A DNA stretch of 62,753 bases, counting the filler, from Asterionella formosa (taxonomy: Eukaryota): the NCBI GenBank assembly GCA_002256025.1. It is 6 parts of 6 records of this genome, joined end to end, with 100 filler letters (N's around TTAATTAATTAA, not from the genome) between each part and the next. Parts side by side here need not be neighbours in the genome. Positions count along the whole stretch, not along the records: positions 27,828 to 55,524 come from NKIB01001426.1; 5 more parts are not named here. One strand, 5' to 3'. Positions 37,650 through 50,068 of this stretch are shown piece after piece (position 1 is the first letter of the stretch; each line of letters starts with the position of its first letter). Position numbers and translations under genes: made by a program. The notes under the pieces were generated by a model that ran no database searches, was not told the origin of the DNA, and worked only from the letters and a program-made list of their open reading frames with translations.

Positions 37650-38400
37650 CATAATTGATGCTTTCCCCAGCATTTCAGAAAATCATTTTGGTGTCAACAT
37701 AACAGTGATCCCAAGTTTCCAGCCTGCATCATGTTGGAGCATTCCTTCCTCATTTATGAAATCTGAGCATACTCCCATGAAATCTCGAAAGATTGTAGCC
37801 CTGTCTGTCATCTCATGATTGTTCTTCTTTCCATTGATTGAGTATTTCTGCAAATTGTTTTGGTCAATCATTCTCCTCTCCAACAGAGTAGCTTTTACTA
37901 TCCCCTTTGATGTGCCTTTCCAGAATTCTTTCTTGTGCTGCACTGTCCTTTTTATTGGAAGCTGTGTGCATAATTGAACCCAGCTCGACGACTCTAATGG
38001 CTTTCAACTCGCTCCTGTGCATTCCAGCTATACTATACTATCTTCAATAAAATCTCATCTCTACAGTTTTCTCTCGCTGCTTCTGGAATATGAAAGGGCA
38101 CTGTAGTAGCGGTAGTTTTCCATTAAGGCCAACCCACATCTTGGATAGTAGAAGCAGGAATCCAACTCGATGACCTCCTATAAACATAACAATAGGCTAG
38201 GAGGCTCCTCATCTTGAGGTCGCTGTCAAACACTCAGCTTTACTCGAAATTTTAGGCTATTCACATGTGGTTAGAAAAGGACCTTTAACTATCAATGTGG
38301 TATTCCACCATTGTTTCCCCATCCTGTAAATGATGGTGTCCATGTCCACGTCCACATATCCACATCCAACTCCAATTTGACTGCATTATTCTATATCAAT
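37650..38400 (-). mobile_element. Decayed DDE transposase, copy 3
   Basis: FWKGTSKG...LLERR...CSDFINEEGMLQ...VMLTPK is homologous to 21369-22184. Confidence 0.6.
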
Positions 38401-39117
38401 AGAATTCAACTAAGCAATGTCATTCAACATGATTGCACAGCATCAAAAATGTAAGCTGTATATCACAAATGTGGCGAATTCTTTCAATAAACCCCGTAAA
38501 TCCATTTGAACCAGAATACTAGTATAATTACTATTTCTGATGACATTGGAATCACTACAGCAGGCAAGCAGATACAGCCGCAAAGTTACTGAAACTTGCA
38601 GATGAGGGCACATGCAAGGTACACTGTTCTATACCAGCCTATTCATTATTATAAATGTGCACATCATGCATAGGGTAAAGCAATATGTCCGGCTCTGTAT
38701 GTCATGCATATGAATATTTGAAAGGAAACACTCATACTACCAGTAGTCTAGAGAACATTGGACTGATGGATTCTAGTGTGCCAAGATTCTACTACTAGTT
38801 GTGTGGTGACAATTAATGCATGGTATCCTGGTACAGCAGTCTAATGCTACAAATATGCAGGTTTGGAATGGAACAACTTCTGAAGGTGAATCATCAATTG
38901 TTCTTCTTCTAGATCAGGGCAGAGCAAGAAGAGACTATGCTTGGGATATGGATTTTTGTAACTTATTCATAAATAGACTTTAATGGTCATCTGAGTTGTT
39001 GCATTTCACCTTTGAATTTTGAGTAGTCTGCCCTTGCATGAGTACCTGCCCTTCCTTGACCACCATTTATTCGAAAAGCAGCACTGAGTGTGATTTCGGT
39101 AATCATCCAAAATCACC

Positions 39118-40116
39118 TTAATAATACCGAGTATACTTGAATGCGTTTGTAAGATTGCTATTTTCGGTGAATGGATCCACAATCATTTTCAACGGCTTTT
39201 CTCTTGTACCTCCAACCATTTGCATTCTCAGCATGTTACTAAAATTTTTACCAAATTGCAAATCATATTCCCAAGCGTGCCCATCGCCGTGCAGGTATAA
39301 AAAGGGAATATTGGGAATGTTACCGGCAATAAATTGAAACACAGGTTGGAAGTAAGTATTATGCTGGGAATAGGGATGGGCGTGCGCCATAATGACCACT
39401 CCACTGGCTTCGATTGGAACATTCTTCGAAAGCACATCAATGGTAAATTTGGCCAGCTCCTTTTGGCGCTTGTCAGCACCTGCAATGACTTTTCCACCAA
39501 CCAGGTTGAGCATAATGAACAGCGTTCGTTTGTAGACAAAATAAAGATTTTCGGTGCGATTCTGGAGACGTTCAATGTTAAAGCCATGGTTCCACGAGTC
39601 CACAATGCCAAGTAGGTGTCGATTCCAAAAAGTCCATGCATCTGAAATCTGCGCAGTGGGGCAGTCGTTCCACTCATTGTCTCCAATGACGCTAAAGGCA
39701 GGTGCACGAGATCGCAAAAGCATTGAGCGAGTGTCTTGATAGATATACTCAATGCAGGGCGTTTGGCCTGATTTAATGTCGCCAAGATGAACAAGGAATT
39801 CGCAGTCAGAAGCCACATTTTCCAGCTGTGCCTTCATTTGCGTTCGTTGAGTTGGATTGTAAGGCGCGTCTGACATGACGCAAAACACAGTTTGAGTGGA
39901 ACTCCGAACAATGTCTCTCACTTTTCCAATAGGAGTTGTGCAGTTCGGTTTCGTGGCAACGACAGGTCCAATGTCAATCATTGCGAATAAAAGTGCAATT
40001 ACCACCGGAATCCCAGCAGGGATTCTTCGTCTTGTAGCAGGAACAACGTCTGGGAATACATTCATTTCTGGCTGTGATTCTTCTTCGGCCACTGGTTCTT
40101 TCTGAGTATATTCCAT
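39118..40116 (-). CDS. Calcineurin-like metallophosphoesterase with an N-terminal membrane anchor
   Basis: SDAPY, VHLGDIKSG, IGDNEWNDC, AHAH and LHGDGH motifs; hydrophobic IPVVIALLFAMI segment. Confidence 0.85.
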   Translation of the reverse strand: MEYTQKEPVAEEESQPEMNVFPDVVPATRRRIPAGIPVVIALLFAMIDIGPVVATKPNCTTPIGKVRDIVRSSTQTVFCVMSDAPYNPTQRTQMKAQLENVASDCEFLVHLGDIKSGQTPCIEYIYQDTRSMLLRSRAPAFSVIGDNEWNDCPTAQISDAWTFWNRHLLGIVDSWNHGFNIERLQNRTENLYFVYKRTLFIMLNLVGGKVIAGADKRQKELAKFTIDVLSKNVPIEASGVVIMAHAHPYSQHNTYFQPVFQFIAGNIPNIPFLYLHGDGHAWEYDLQFGKNFSNMLRMQMVGGTREKPLKMIVDPFTENSNLTNAFKYTRYY

Positions 40117-40448
40117 GTTTATTGGAGCGTCGTTCTTGACGAAATTATGAGCAAAAAACCCAACATTCGGTTCTGCGTGCAGCTGCAGTTGCTAGCATAG
40201 GCGCTGAAGGCGAAATCATGATAGATACTGACATTTCTCCGTTACATGCACACACAGATAGTAGGGGTATTAATGCATGCGTTTGGCTTCACTTGACTGT
40301 ATTCCATTGTCTTAGGTTGAGAAAGGAGAAATCATATGATACGGCAATAAGGTTGAGCAGCAAGATGGATGTTGTGTTGTATTTGCACTATGTATGATAA
40401 CCGGTAAGCATATGAGGGTAAAAATGGTCAGTTCATTGTCTACTCTGT

Positions 40449-40630
40449 GTACCTGGTACCTGGTACCATTGGTACATGTTACCAGTTCGAGGGGAGCCAG
40501 GTACAAGGTACCACAGGTCAGTAGCTGTCAATGGTGTTGGTATTCTAATTGTGGTGAGCTACTTACTGTATTACTACCAAGGTACCGGACCGGATACCTG
40601 GTACTCAGTACCGGTACAGTACCGGTATTT
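40449..40630. promoter_or_regulatory. TACCAGGTA/TACCGGTA palindrome cluster in a divergent intergenic region (representative of many)
   Basis: Dense gtacctggtacc and taccggta copies; similar clusters at ~3750, 9840, 12360, 12830, 20905-21165, 45435-45540, 48556-48812 and 49768-49941. Confidence 0.5.
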
Positions 40631-40853
40631 CCATCTGCATATGTAGAACACATAAAAGAATGCAATAATCGGATGATTTGCTTGCTAATTATATAAAACA
40701 ATATACCGCTATGTATGCGAAGTAAAATTTCCATACATAGATATACCGTATATATAATGGTTAATGGTCAGTTCCTGCCATGCTGACAACAAGAATAACG
40801 ACCATTTGATATCCTTCATTCGAATAGCTACACAGCTGCTGCTGCTTTGCACG

Positions 40854-43160
40854 ATGGGATGCTGTCCTTCCAAGGACCTTTCTGCCGTCGTGGGCAATCA
40901 TCCCACGAAAGATGAGCCCATGACAATGGCAGAGATTGAATCAAGAATTGAAAGCATCGAATACACGAAAACGGCAACGCTGGGTGGAATCAAAGTTAGG
41001 TATGCCTACCTGAGTCAACGGGGTTATTATCCGGATGGTACGTGTCAACACTCGGTACCAGGTAGTATACACATAATACTGGTCATGACACGGGGTTATT
41101 TCACTTTTTGCGACACCAAGAGCAAATGCACAGGTATCCTCCTTTCTTGTGACTTTTCACAACTGACTATGGGTGGCTAACCATGCATCACTTTTCCCAA
41201 CATACAATTCACTCACTCACCTACTCCTTGTATAAATTTTTTGGTATATCACACACTCTGTGTATATTGTAGACCCCAACAAAGCCAACCAAGACGCCTA
41301 CTCCATCGCCTTGAACTTTGGCAATCAATCCTCCGACGCCTTTCTTGGCGTCTACGACGGGCACGGCAGAGATGGGGACCAATGTGCCATTTTTGCCAGA
41401 AAAAGTCTTCCAGAACAAGTGGATAAGTTTGTGCGGAGGGCGAAAGCGAAAGAAGCCAAGTTGCACTCATCGTCCCTTGCAGAATCGAAAATTGAATTGA
41501 CCAAGGATCAGTTGCAGGCGGCGCTGAACAAGGCGCACGTGGAATGTAATCGGGCCATGCATCGGGCGCAAGAATTGGATGATTCCTTATCAGGAACGAC
41601 ATCCATATCCATGTATGTGCATGGACGGCGCAATCGAATTACCATTTCAAACGTTGGGGATTCAAGAGCTATTATAGGACAACGAGATGGAACAACACTA
41701 AAGGCATTGCCGCTCTCGAGGGATCAAACACCCTATCGGAGAGACGAACGAGCAAGAATCAGGGCGACGGGGGCGAGGATATTGTCGCTGGATCAAATTG
41801 AAGGCCTGGAACCTATTGAACCAGATGAGGATGGCGATGATGGAAAAGGGGATCTGGAGTTGGGAGAAGAATTGGACGAGGGCGGGGATCCACCGAGAGT
41901 ATGGAGCCCGCACGGAGAATATCCTGGAACGGCCTTTACAAGATCTCTAGGAGATGCAATTGCGGAGGAACTAGGGGTCTATGCAGAACCGGAAATGTTG
42001 ACGAGAGAAGTTACCACGGATGATCAAATTATTGTGCTGGCGAGTGATGGAGTCTTTGAATTCTTGACAAATCAAAGTGTCATCGACATTTGTGCCAAGT
42101 TCACGGATCCGCTAGAAGCATGTCGTGCTGTCGTGGCAGAGTCTTATGAGTTGTGGCTGCAATATGAGTTACGAACTGACGATATTACCATGATATGTCT
42201 ATTTGTCGACGAAGTCAATGACGTAAACACCATATTCGGTGAATCATACGTCTCGGCATCGAGTCGAGTGTTGCAGCTTGAAACATCAGCAGAAATGAAA
42301 ATTCCGGAAACAAAAGGACATGACAGCTATTCTGTCGATGATAGTGTGGATGAGATGGTACCCTTGGATGGCCTAAAACCTGTGCGGACTCACTTGTCAA
42401 GGGAAAAATCAAGAGCTATTCAACAAATGAAGATCAAAATGGCAGCGGACTCAGATTTGGACGTTAGTTCCATGGAAGATTTCGACTTGTCCAAATTATA
42501 CACAAAAAAGACGGAAGAGGAAAAGTCAAGAATAGCAGAAGCCATAAGGGCCTCCGTCATGTTTCAAAATATTACCGACGAGCAGCGAGAAATGATTTTT
42601 GGAGTCATGGAACCCATTACTGTGAAAAAGGGCACCTGGGTAATAAAACAAGGAAGTGTTGGAGACCGCTTTTACATTGTCGATACCGGTCGCTTTGAAG
42701 TCAGAATCATTCCTGATGGTGAAGAAGACAATGATGGCTCTGGTGGGAATGTCGTTCACGTCTATGAAGGGTCTCACGAAAAGCACGCTCATCCTTCGTT
42801 TGGAGAACTGGCGCTCATGTATTCTGCTCCTCGAGCAGCATCGATTATTTCGCAAACAGACGGACATTTGTGGGCTTTGCATCGATATGCATTTCGGCAA
42901 GTCTTGGCACAACAGACATACCGGACAGAACTCATGTCAAGGCTGAGACATTTGGAACTTTTTCAGAACTTGTCAACGGATAACATGAAGAAAATTGCCG
43001 CTGCTATGGACGATGTAACCTTTTGTCGTGGCGAGTGCATTATTGAACAAGGTAAACCGGGGGAAAGTATGTATATTATTTCTTCCGGAACATGTGGTAA
43101 GTACGTTGTCCTCTTGATTAGTTTTGCACCTGCCACAGCGCCCCGCTCACACAAGTGTCA

Positions 43161-43225
<65 letters not shown>

Positions 43226-43440
43226 AATATGTAGAACGAATTGAAGGAAACAAACCCCACAATGCTACTCTTACAACTGGTGATTACTTCGGTGAAGAAG
43301 TGTTGCAGAATCAAAAGTACTATGCTGCCACAGTTGTGTCGCTTCATACTACCGTTTGCTGGCGAATTGCTCGTGCAACACTGGAGAAAGCGGTAGGAAG
43401 TTTAAGACCCAGGAAGCTGTCAGCAACGAATATTGTTTGA
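40854..43440 (+). CDS. PP2C phosphatase fused to two cyclic-nucleotide-binding domains (introns 41038-41272 and 43097-43225)
   Basis: MGCC acylation start; NQD, YDGHG, SGTT, NVGDSRA, TRSLGD, LASDGV and DDIT PP2C motifs; GDRFYIV...FGELALMYSAPRAAS and a degenerate second cNBD (GESMYII...YFGE). Confidence 0.9.
43166..43222 (+). repeat. (TG)n microsatellite directly abutting the 3' splice site
   Basis: About 28 TG units followed immediately by CAG. Confidence 0.95.
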
Positions 43441-44009
43441 GCGACTGTCAATGCTCTCGTTTTTGTTTGGTTGTAGCCATTGTTTTCACAATCAAAAGTA
43501 TTTTGCTAACGCCCTCCAAGGTACTATAGTGTATCTTCCAACTCATTCCATTTTTGGAAGAACATGAGCACATGCATCACTGACGAGACAATTTGTGTAG
43601 TCTACTAGATAGCCCAGCTGTTGGGAGTACGGGAAAGGTTGCCCCATGTTAGATTGTACCTATGATGTATTCCAAGAGTTACAAGCAATACACTTACAGT
43701 GTGCAATCGTCTGAAGTTTATACCCTGTGCTCTCAACATTTACGAAACATTAAAATGTGCGTCACATTCCTTTCATAGCAACAGCAATTGCTTTCGTTGA
43801 CCCACTTGTTTTACACAGTATACGCATCAAAAGCACTTCGACTTTTTTAATATTTCACACAACACAAAGACAATCCTACTACCGGTACTGGTATATACCT
43901 GTCCATCCATTGACAATACCTTTTCAAGTTCCCTAATTCCTTTACACTTTTCACTATGGACAACGGGGTACGATGAATAAAGCTGTATCGATCGCATCAC
44001 AAACAATTT

Positions 44010-45083
44010 TCAAATTATAGCTTCGTTTTCCACATTAAATTGAGGATGATAGATTGGATTTGCTTTCCGTCCAGGAACAATACTATTTACCATTGTCTTT
44101 TGTATATCTTGACCTTGATCATAGATACGCATAACATGTTTCATCATGGGATGTCCATCACCACCATTCTCCCCAAAGACCATTTCCCTGTACTCTTGTA
44201 GTGGTACCCACGCTGCTTCTGCAATTTCTCCAGCTTGTGGTATTGGCTTAGAAAAGATTTCTTGTCCATCCGTCCCTACATGTTCAATGATTGGTTCCAT
44301 TCTACAAACAAAATATAAATCTGATCTACCAAACTGTAATCCATGTGTATGACGGAAACATACAATTGATTTGAACCGACATGGTACACCTGTTTCTTCC
44401 ATAACTTCCCGTTCAGCCGCGACATCCAGTGGTTCACCTAGTTCTGACAAGCCTCCTGGTATTTTCCATGGCATGTAGTTGTTTCGTAATTCTCGAACAC
44501 ATAGAATTTCTTGTCTGCTATTAACAACCATGGCGCCAACACCAATTTGGTGTGTAGCATAGGTAGGTATCTTGGATTCTCCTTGTTCCAACCATACTAC
44601 CAAATTGCAAGTATCCCCTTCGGCATGATGGAATTGTAATCCCAAGTCCATCATGTCCTCCAACAAACTTCCTCGAGACATGGGAACAGTAATCCATAGA
44701 CTAGATAGGTTTAGTTGTTTGCAAGCAGCAATTGTAGTTTCTAATCGTTTCTTGAAGTTTTCCTTTTCAAAACAACACAAGGAGTGTTCGATGTTGTCAG
44801 TTTGGAGAGACTGTGGTGGTACAGTGATTTTAGCGGCGCGATGTGACCCAGTGTCGTATGGCAACACATCTTGCCATGCACAACCAGTTGTTTTGGTATC
44901 TGCCAGAGTCATGAGTGTTCGATGAATATGATTCGTAATAGGATGAAGGGGTGCTATGGTAAACGCAATGTGTGACGCAGAGCAGGATGTATACGATAGA
45001 GCCGAGAGTGAAATACATGCGGACGAAAGGACACGAGATTTGCCTCGGACCATGAGTCGATTACTTCCTCGTCGTGCCATCAT
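44010..45083 (-). CDS. Nudix hydrolase (NUDT6 / plant NUDT2-8-like) with an N-terminal extension
   Basis: Nudix box GGLSELGEPLDVAAEREVMEETG; FHHAE, YATHQIGVGA, FRHTH and SDLYFVC motifs. Confidence 0.9.
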   Translation of the reverse strand: MMARRGSNRLMVRGKSRVLSSACISLSALSYTSCSASHIAFTIAPLHPITNHIHRTLMTLADTKTTGCAWQDVLPYDTGSHRAAKITVPPQSLQTDNIEHSLCCFEKENFKKRLETTIAACKQLNLSSLWITVPMSRGSLLEDMMDLGLQFHHAEGDTCNLVVWLEQGESKIPTYATHQIGVGAMVVNSRQEILCVRELRNNYMPWKIPGGLSELGEPLDVAAEREVMEETGVPCRFKSIVCFRHTHGLQFGRSDLYFVCRMEPIIEHVGTDGQEIFSKPIPQAGEIAEAAWVPLQEYREMVFGENGGDGHPMMKHVMRIYDQGQDIQKTMVNSIVPGRKANPIYHPQFNVENEAII

Positions 45084-45902
45084 TTAAAAATGGAGCACTA
45101 TCGTTGAGCAGCGGTACGCTGGGTTTTAATTAGATGGAGATATAATGTCGTCCTCGTGGACTGGAAACGTATTGGAGACAGTATCTGGTAGTAAGCGGAA
45201 GGAGGCTGGAAGTACGTACTACGGGTTGAGCTCACCGGTATACAAGTCACTTGTGACCATTGTTGTGATGATGTGGACACGAAGAAAGCAAGCCACGAGG
45301 GCGGAAGACGACGAAGAAGCCAAGGGCAGGGCGGAATTGGATGCCCATGTGTGAAATTTATATTAATATAGAACTCGGTATACCGGTATTTGTTCATTAT
45401 GTTTAGGAAGAACTGTATGCTTCGTAAAAGTTCAGTACCAGGTACCATGTAGTCTACCGTAGTCTACCTGGTACCAGGTACCTGGTAATCATAATGCTGG
45501 TGCTGCGGTGGTATGGCTTTCATGTAGGAGTACCAGGTAGCAGACACCACCACGTCACCCAACGGGTTTCAAACCATGATCAGCATCACTTTGCACCCAT
45601 TCATCTACCGTACTCGTTGGCGCCGACTATGACACTTCCTTCGCCTCATCTTCTGCTCTTGTGAATTGTTCCGCGTCCCTCTCCATTTTTCAACCGAAGT
45701 GTCATCAGATCTGTCTCTGCTTTGCCCTGACCAACTCAGACCCCTGCAGGCTGGTGCGCTCAATCCCATTGCGACTCGACCAGAGCAATCAAACGCCAAG
45801 CGAAACCCCGTCAACACCATTTGAAGCTACCTACTGACATTTACTGAACGCCAATAATCAGTCAGACTCATCGACCCTTTCGCCGTTTCATTCAACGATT
45901 CA

Positions 45903-47156
45903 ATGATATTCGACTCACAGAGAACAATGAGACGACAGCGGAGAGCAGCATTCATGTGCTGCTTTCTGGCTCAGGCCCTGCTGCCAGTTTCGGTCACCGC
46001 CTTTGCTACTCATCTCAAATCACCTCGAGCATTGGCCATCACAGCTACCACAACCACCTTGCAACGCAAGCAACGCGCTTCCCAATCAGCATCAAGATAC
46101 TCGTTCCTATCCGTATCGCCCTCGGACCAAAGCAATAGCGTAGAATCCAAAACTCCCTCTCTCCTGGAACTGGGGGGAGGACCAACAGTTGTCATTACAG
46201 ACGCAACATCGAACATTTACAAGTCTGCCATTCAACGAACGCTACTTTGGGTAGTACTGGCTGGCATCTTTGGAGGGGGCCTCTGGACGCTCGTGAGCCC
46301 CAATGTTGGCGAAGAATTCTTTGCTGGATACTTGGTGGAACAATCGTTGAGCGTAGACAATTTATTCGTCTTTTTGCTGCTTTTTGAATTCTTTAAAGTT
46401 CCACTAGCAGCACAAGACAAGGTGCTCAATTTTGGGATTTATGGAGCCATTGTCATGCGAGCCATTATGATTTCCTTGGGGGCCGTGGCATTGGAAAACT
46501 TTCATGCTATTTTATTAGTATTCGCGGCGATTTTGGTATATTCATCCGTCAAGGTACTGGCGGGCGACGATGATCAAGAGGAAGAGGACATGTCAGAAAA
46601 TGCCATTGTCAAGTTCTCAAAAAAGTTGATCGACTCTACTGATCATTTCGATGGAGACAACTTCTTCACTATTGTCAATGGCATCAAGAAAGCTACGCCC
46701 TTGTTTATTTGCATGATTGCCATTGAAGTGAGTGATGTTGTCTTTGCGGTAGACAGTGTACCGGCAGTCTTTGGAGTTACTGAGGTATGTGTGAAGAAAA
46801 TTTCCTGCATTCCTCTGTTGCTTCTGTCACTTTGAGTGTCCTCATCCCTTTTTTTTTCTTTGACTCAAATGTTAAATTGCGAAAAAACACAGAACCCTCT
46901 GGTTGTCTTTTCTTCCAACATGTTTGCAATTATGGGACTCCGTTCCTTATATACAATTTTATCCAAGGCAGCTACTGACCTCAAGTACTTGGAACCTGCT
47001 GTTGCTGTGGTTTTGGGATTTATTGGAAGTAAAATGATTTTAGAATACTTTGGATTTCATATTCCAACTGAACTTGCTCTTGGTGTGGTGGCCACCCTAT
47101 TGGGGACAGGAGTGGGTGCATCGGTATATGAAAAGCAACGTGATGTCCAACCATAA
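45903..47156 (+). CDS. TerC/Alx family membrane protein, probably plastid (intron 46785-46892)
   Basis: GYLVEQSLSVDNLFVF, GIYGAIVMR, DVVFAVDSVPAVFGVT|NPLVVFSSNMFAIMGLRSLY; signal peptide ending VTA-F. Confidence 0.92.
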
Positions 47157-47729
47157 AAAGTATAGTGGGAGAGAGAGAGAGAACTAGAGTGACTGCTATT
47201 ATACTATTATATATGAATGATATAGAGACTATACCCAGTATGTATTATTAGTTTGATACAAACTGCTATATCAAATTACCTTTCAATGTCAAGGAAATAA
47301 GCTTTTAAATACATTAGGTATGTCATGATAGTTCTTCTGATGGGGAACCATTATGAAAGGAAATTGTTGATCGTTGATAATTATTTCCATAATGTCTTTG
47401 ATTCATGCTGTGGACAACAAATGCAATTGGAGCACTCAGTCACACAAACACACACACACACATCCATTTCACCAAATGGTTTGTTGAGCAAATCACTACA
47501 CTAGTATTCTACAAAGTACACTACCGGTAGCTAGCTCGTTATAAAGTGATGGACCATATCATAGCAGCAGCAACAAAAACATACCACGTGTTTAAAAAAG
47601 TCAAATCGAGTATATTGATCATTGCCATCACAAAAACTCAACATTTGTTTTACTCCTACACTCTCCTTCGACCAGTTTCGATCCCAAAAAATAACATGAA
47701 TTACCATCTGTTTGCTTGTATTTTTTGTT

Positions 47730-48371
47730 TCACAGAATCACACAACATCCTTGACCTGCAGCTACCGTGGTTTGAGGCACTGTTGAATTTGCACTTGAGG
47801 GGGACCGAGTCTTTTCTGATTTAGTAGCTGGTGTTTGCAAGTCTGGTTTGACAGATACATTGACTGGGGTGGGGTGTGTTTTAAAGACTGGAACTTGACA
47901 TTCTTCCAGTGACCGCGAATCTGGCATTAGAATTCCTTTGCCCATACAGACCAAACGTAGTTGATCCCCACCACTGCATTTCGGAAGGTCTGTTGGTTGT
48001 GTTATAATTGTGGAACAAGGAGAAAGTCAAGAGTTAGTTTCGAGCCATGATGCAGCTGGAGCACTACTAACTGAGGCCCCTAACTGACTGCCGGTATATA
48101 TAGTTCCAACGTCACTGCATTGGTGCGCACCTTCTGGCCACACGGAAAGCAGAGCTCCCTTGACTTCACCAATGGTCTGGTTTGGAGTGCACTCCATAGT
48201 GACAGCTAGTCCATCCCTATTCGCAAAAATGAACCTCAAAGTAACCTTGGTTGAATCATATGTATACGCAGGTCTCCGGTTTCCTGATGTCGACGTGATG
48301 GGACCATTCGAAGCATCTTGTTCCTCAATGGGAATGTCGGACTGCTCTGAATGCTCTTTGTTGTTGCTCAT
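47730..48371 (-). CDS. Membrane-anchored ubiquitin-fold (MUB/UBL3-like) protein (intron 47990-48130)
   Basis: VTLRFIFAN...TIGEVK..L...WPE|DLP...QLRLVCMGKGIL; C-terminal GCCVIL CaaX. Confidence 0.85.
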
Positions 48372-48829
48372 TTCGTAGTAGGAACTTTTATGACCTTTGT
48401 GAGCAGCTCTGTCGACCGTGACGATGGGGGGTCGATCCAACCAAGCGCTTCAATGCGGTATAATCACAACAGTATACCAATGGTAAAATGATAACAAAAG
48501 GCACACAAAGTCTTCAACTTTCGCTCCGCTTCCGATAGGATGAATGAATGAATCGTACCCTGGTACTCCAGGGTACCTATGGCACGATGAACAACAAGAG
48601 GAACTCTGTGCGTTTGTGCGTACATATGATGCTGTTAAGTAACGGCAGTTACATTTAGTACCGTACCAGGTGCCGATATTGCAGTCATGAATCAGGGTAC
48701 CGGCATTTCGTATGCACATAGCTACTATTGCCGGTACATGTGTGATGATGTACATGGCTTCCCTTGTAGTACCTGGTACCTTTGAAGTTCAGGTATGTAC
48801 CAGGTACAGGTACTAAAATACGGTTTATG

Positions 48830-49722
48830 GTGGGCGCGCTTCGAAATACCAATAAATTTATGGCAAAATTATTTACATTACAAATATTTCTTGGTGATTT
48901 GATATTTAAAATTGTGATTGTACACACTGATATTCGAATTATCTTAGATTACTAATCTACTAGCATCAAATATGTATTTAACAATAAATATTTTAAGTTA
49001 AATTTTCCTACTAGCAACAATGCATCCTCTCGCTCCTCATGACCTCGCTCCTCATGTTCATTATATATATACATTATCATTGATGTCATTGGTCACTAAC
49101 CATGTCGGTTTTCCTCCCTTCTCCTGATGAGGATGATCATGACATGATCATCTCAGCATTGCTATTCTCTGAAAGGCTCAGAAACAAGCATGTTGATGGT
49201 ACCAGCTTTTTTCTCTGCATGGTTGTTCTTCTGCAACAAGTGTTGGGCACGAAAAAGACCAGGTGGTGGTACTAGCCATTGTGCTGGCTGGATAATAAGA
49301 GTGGCAATGTGCTGCAGTATAATGGAGAAGAAAATTCCAGTGATGGATATCATTGGCACAAGGATGGTAAGTAATACTGGGGCACTGTTCACACCATTGG
49401 CAAAAAAGAAAACAATCCATTTTACTCCAGCATTGCTACCAGTAAACCTTTTTGGGTGAGAGCAAGCCATTTCTGGAATAAGTTTGCAAGGCTTGAAATG
49501 TTCTGGGAATTTATTTGCTGTCATTCATGCCTAAACACATTTTTATATATTTCACTGTTAAATTATTTATAGCTGTTAAAAAAAATTGTGTTTGTGTTGA
49601 CCAAATTTGGTAACTCCTAAACACAAATATTTGGGTTACGAGTAAAACGATTTGTGTCAGCATGGTACACAAATTTTAGAGACATGATATAATGAATTTT
49701 TCTAATTTCGAAGCGCGCCCAC
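48830..49722. mobile_element. Non-autonomous TIR element (~893 bp)
   Basis: Perfect 18-bp inverted repeats gtgggcgcgcttcgaaat (48830-48847) and atttcgaagcgcgcccac (49705-49722) around an AT-rich interior; no clear TSD. Confidence 0.7.
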
Positions 49723-50068
49723 TATGTGAGAAAACAATGCTGAATATCTTCATTTGCTGACCTTATTTACCGGTACCAGGTACCATGTACCTCGTACTCA
49801 ACAGGTAGCTGCACTCCCTTGATTCTGCCCCTTTGAAATGTACGACCTGTACTTCTTACAGTACAGTCAGTACCCTGGTACCTGGTACCTGGTACCTACC
49901 AGGTACTGTGCTGTATGGTGGTACCTGGTACCGGTACTACCGTAAGAGTGACTGATTGTACATTTGAATGATGTAGAAAACATACTGTTCAAACGGGGAG
50001 TAGTACCTGGTAGACTCAACGGTTTATCACACTTTTTGATTCCTGACAAAAGTGAAACTCATTCCACG

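Noticed and set aside
43150..43225. Poly-CV metal-binding motif in PP2C
   Set aside because: It is the translation of an intronic (TG)n microsatellite.
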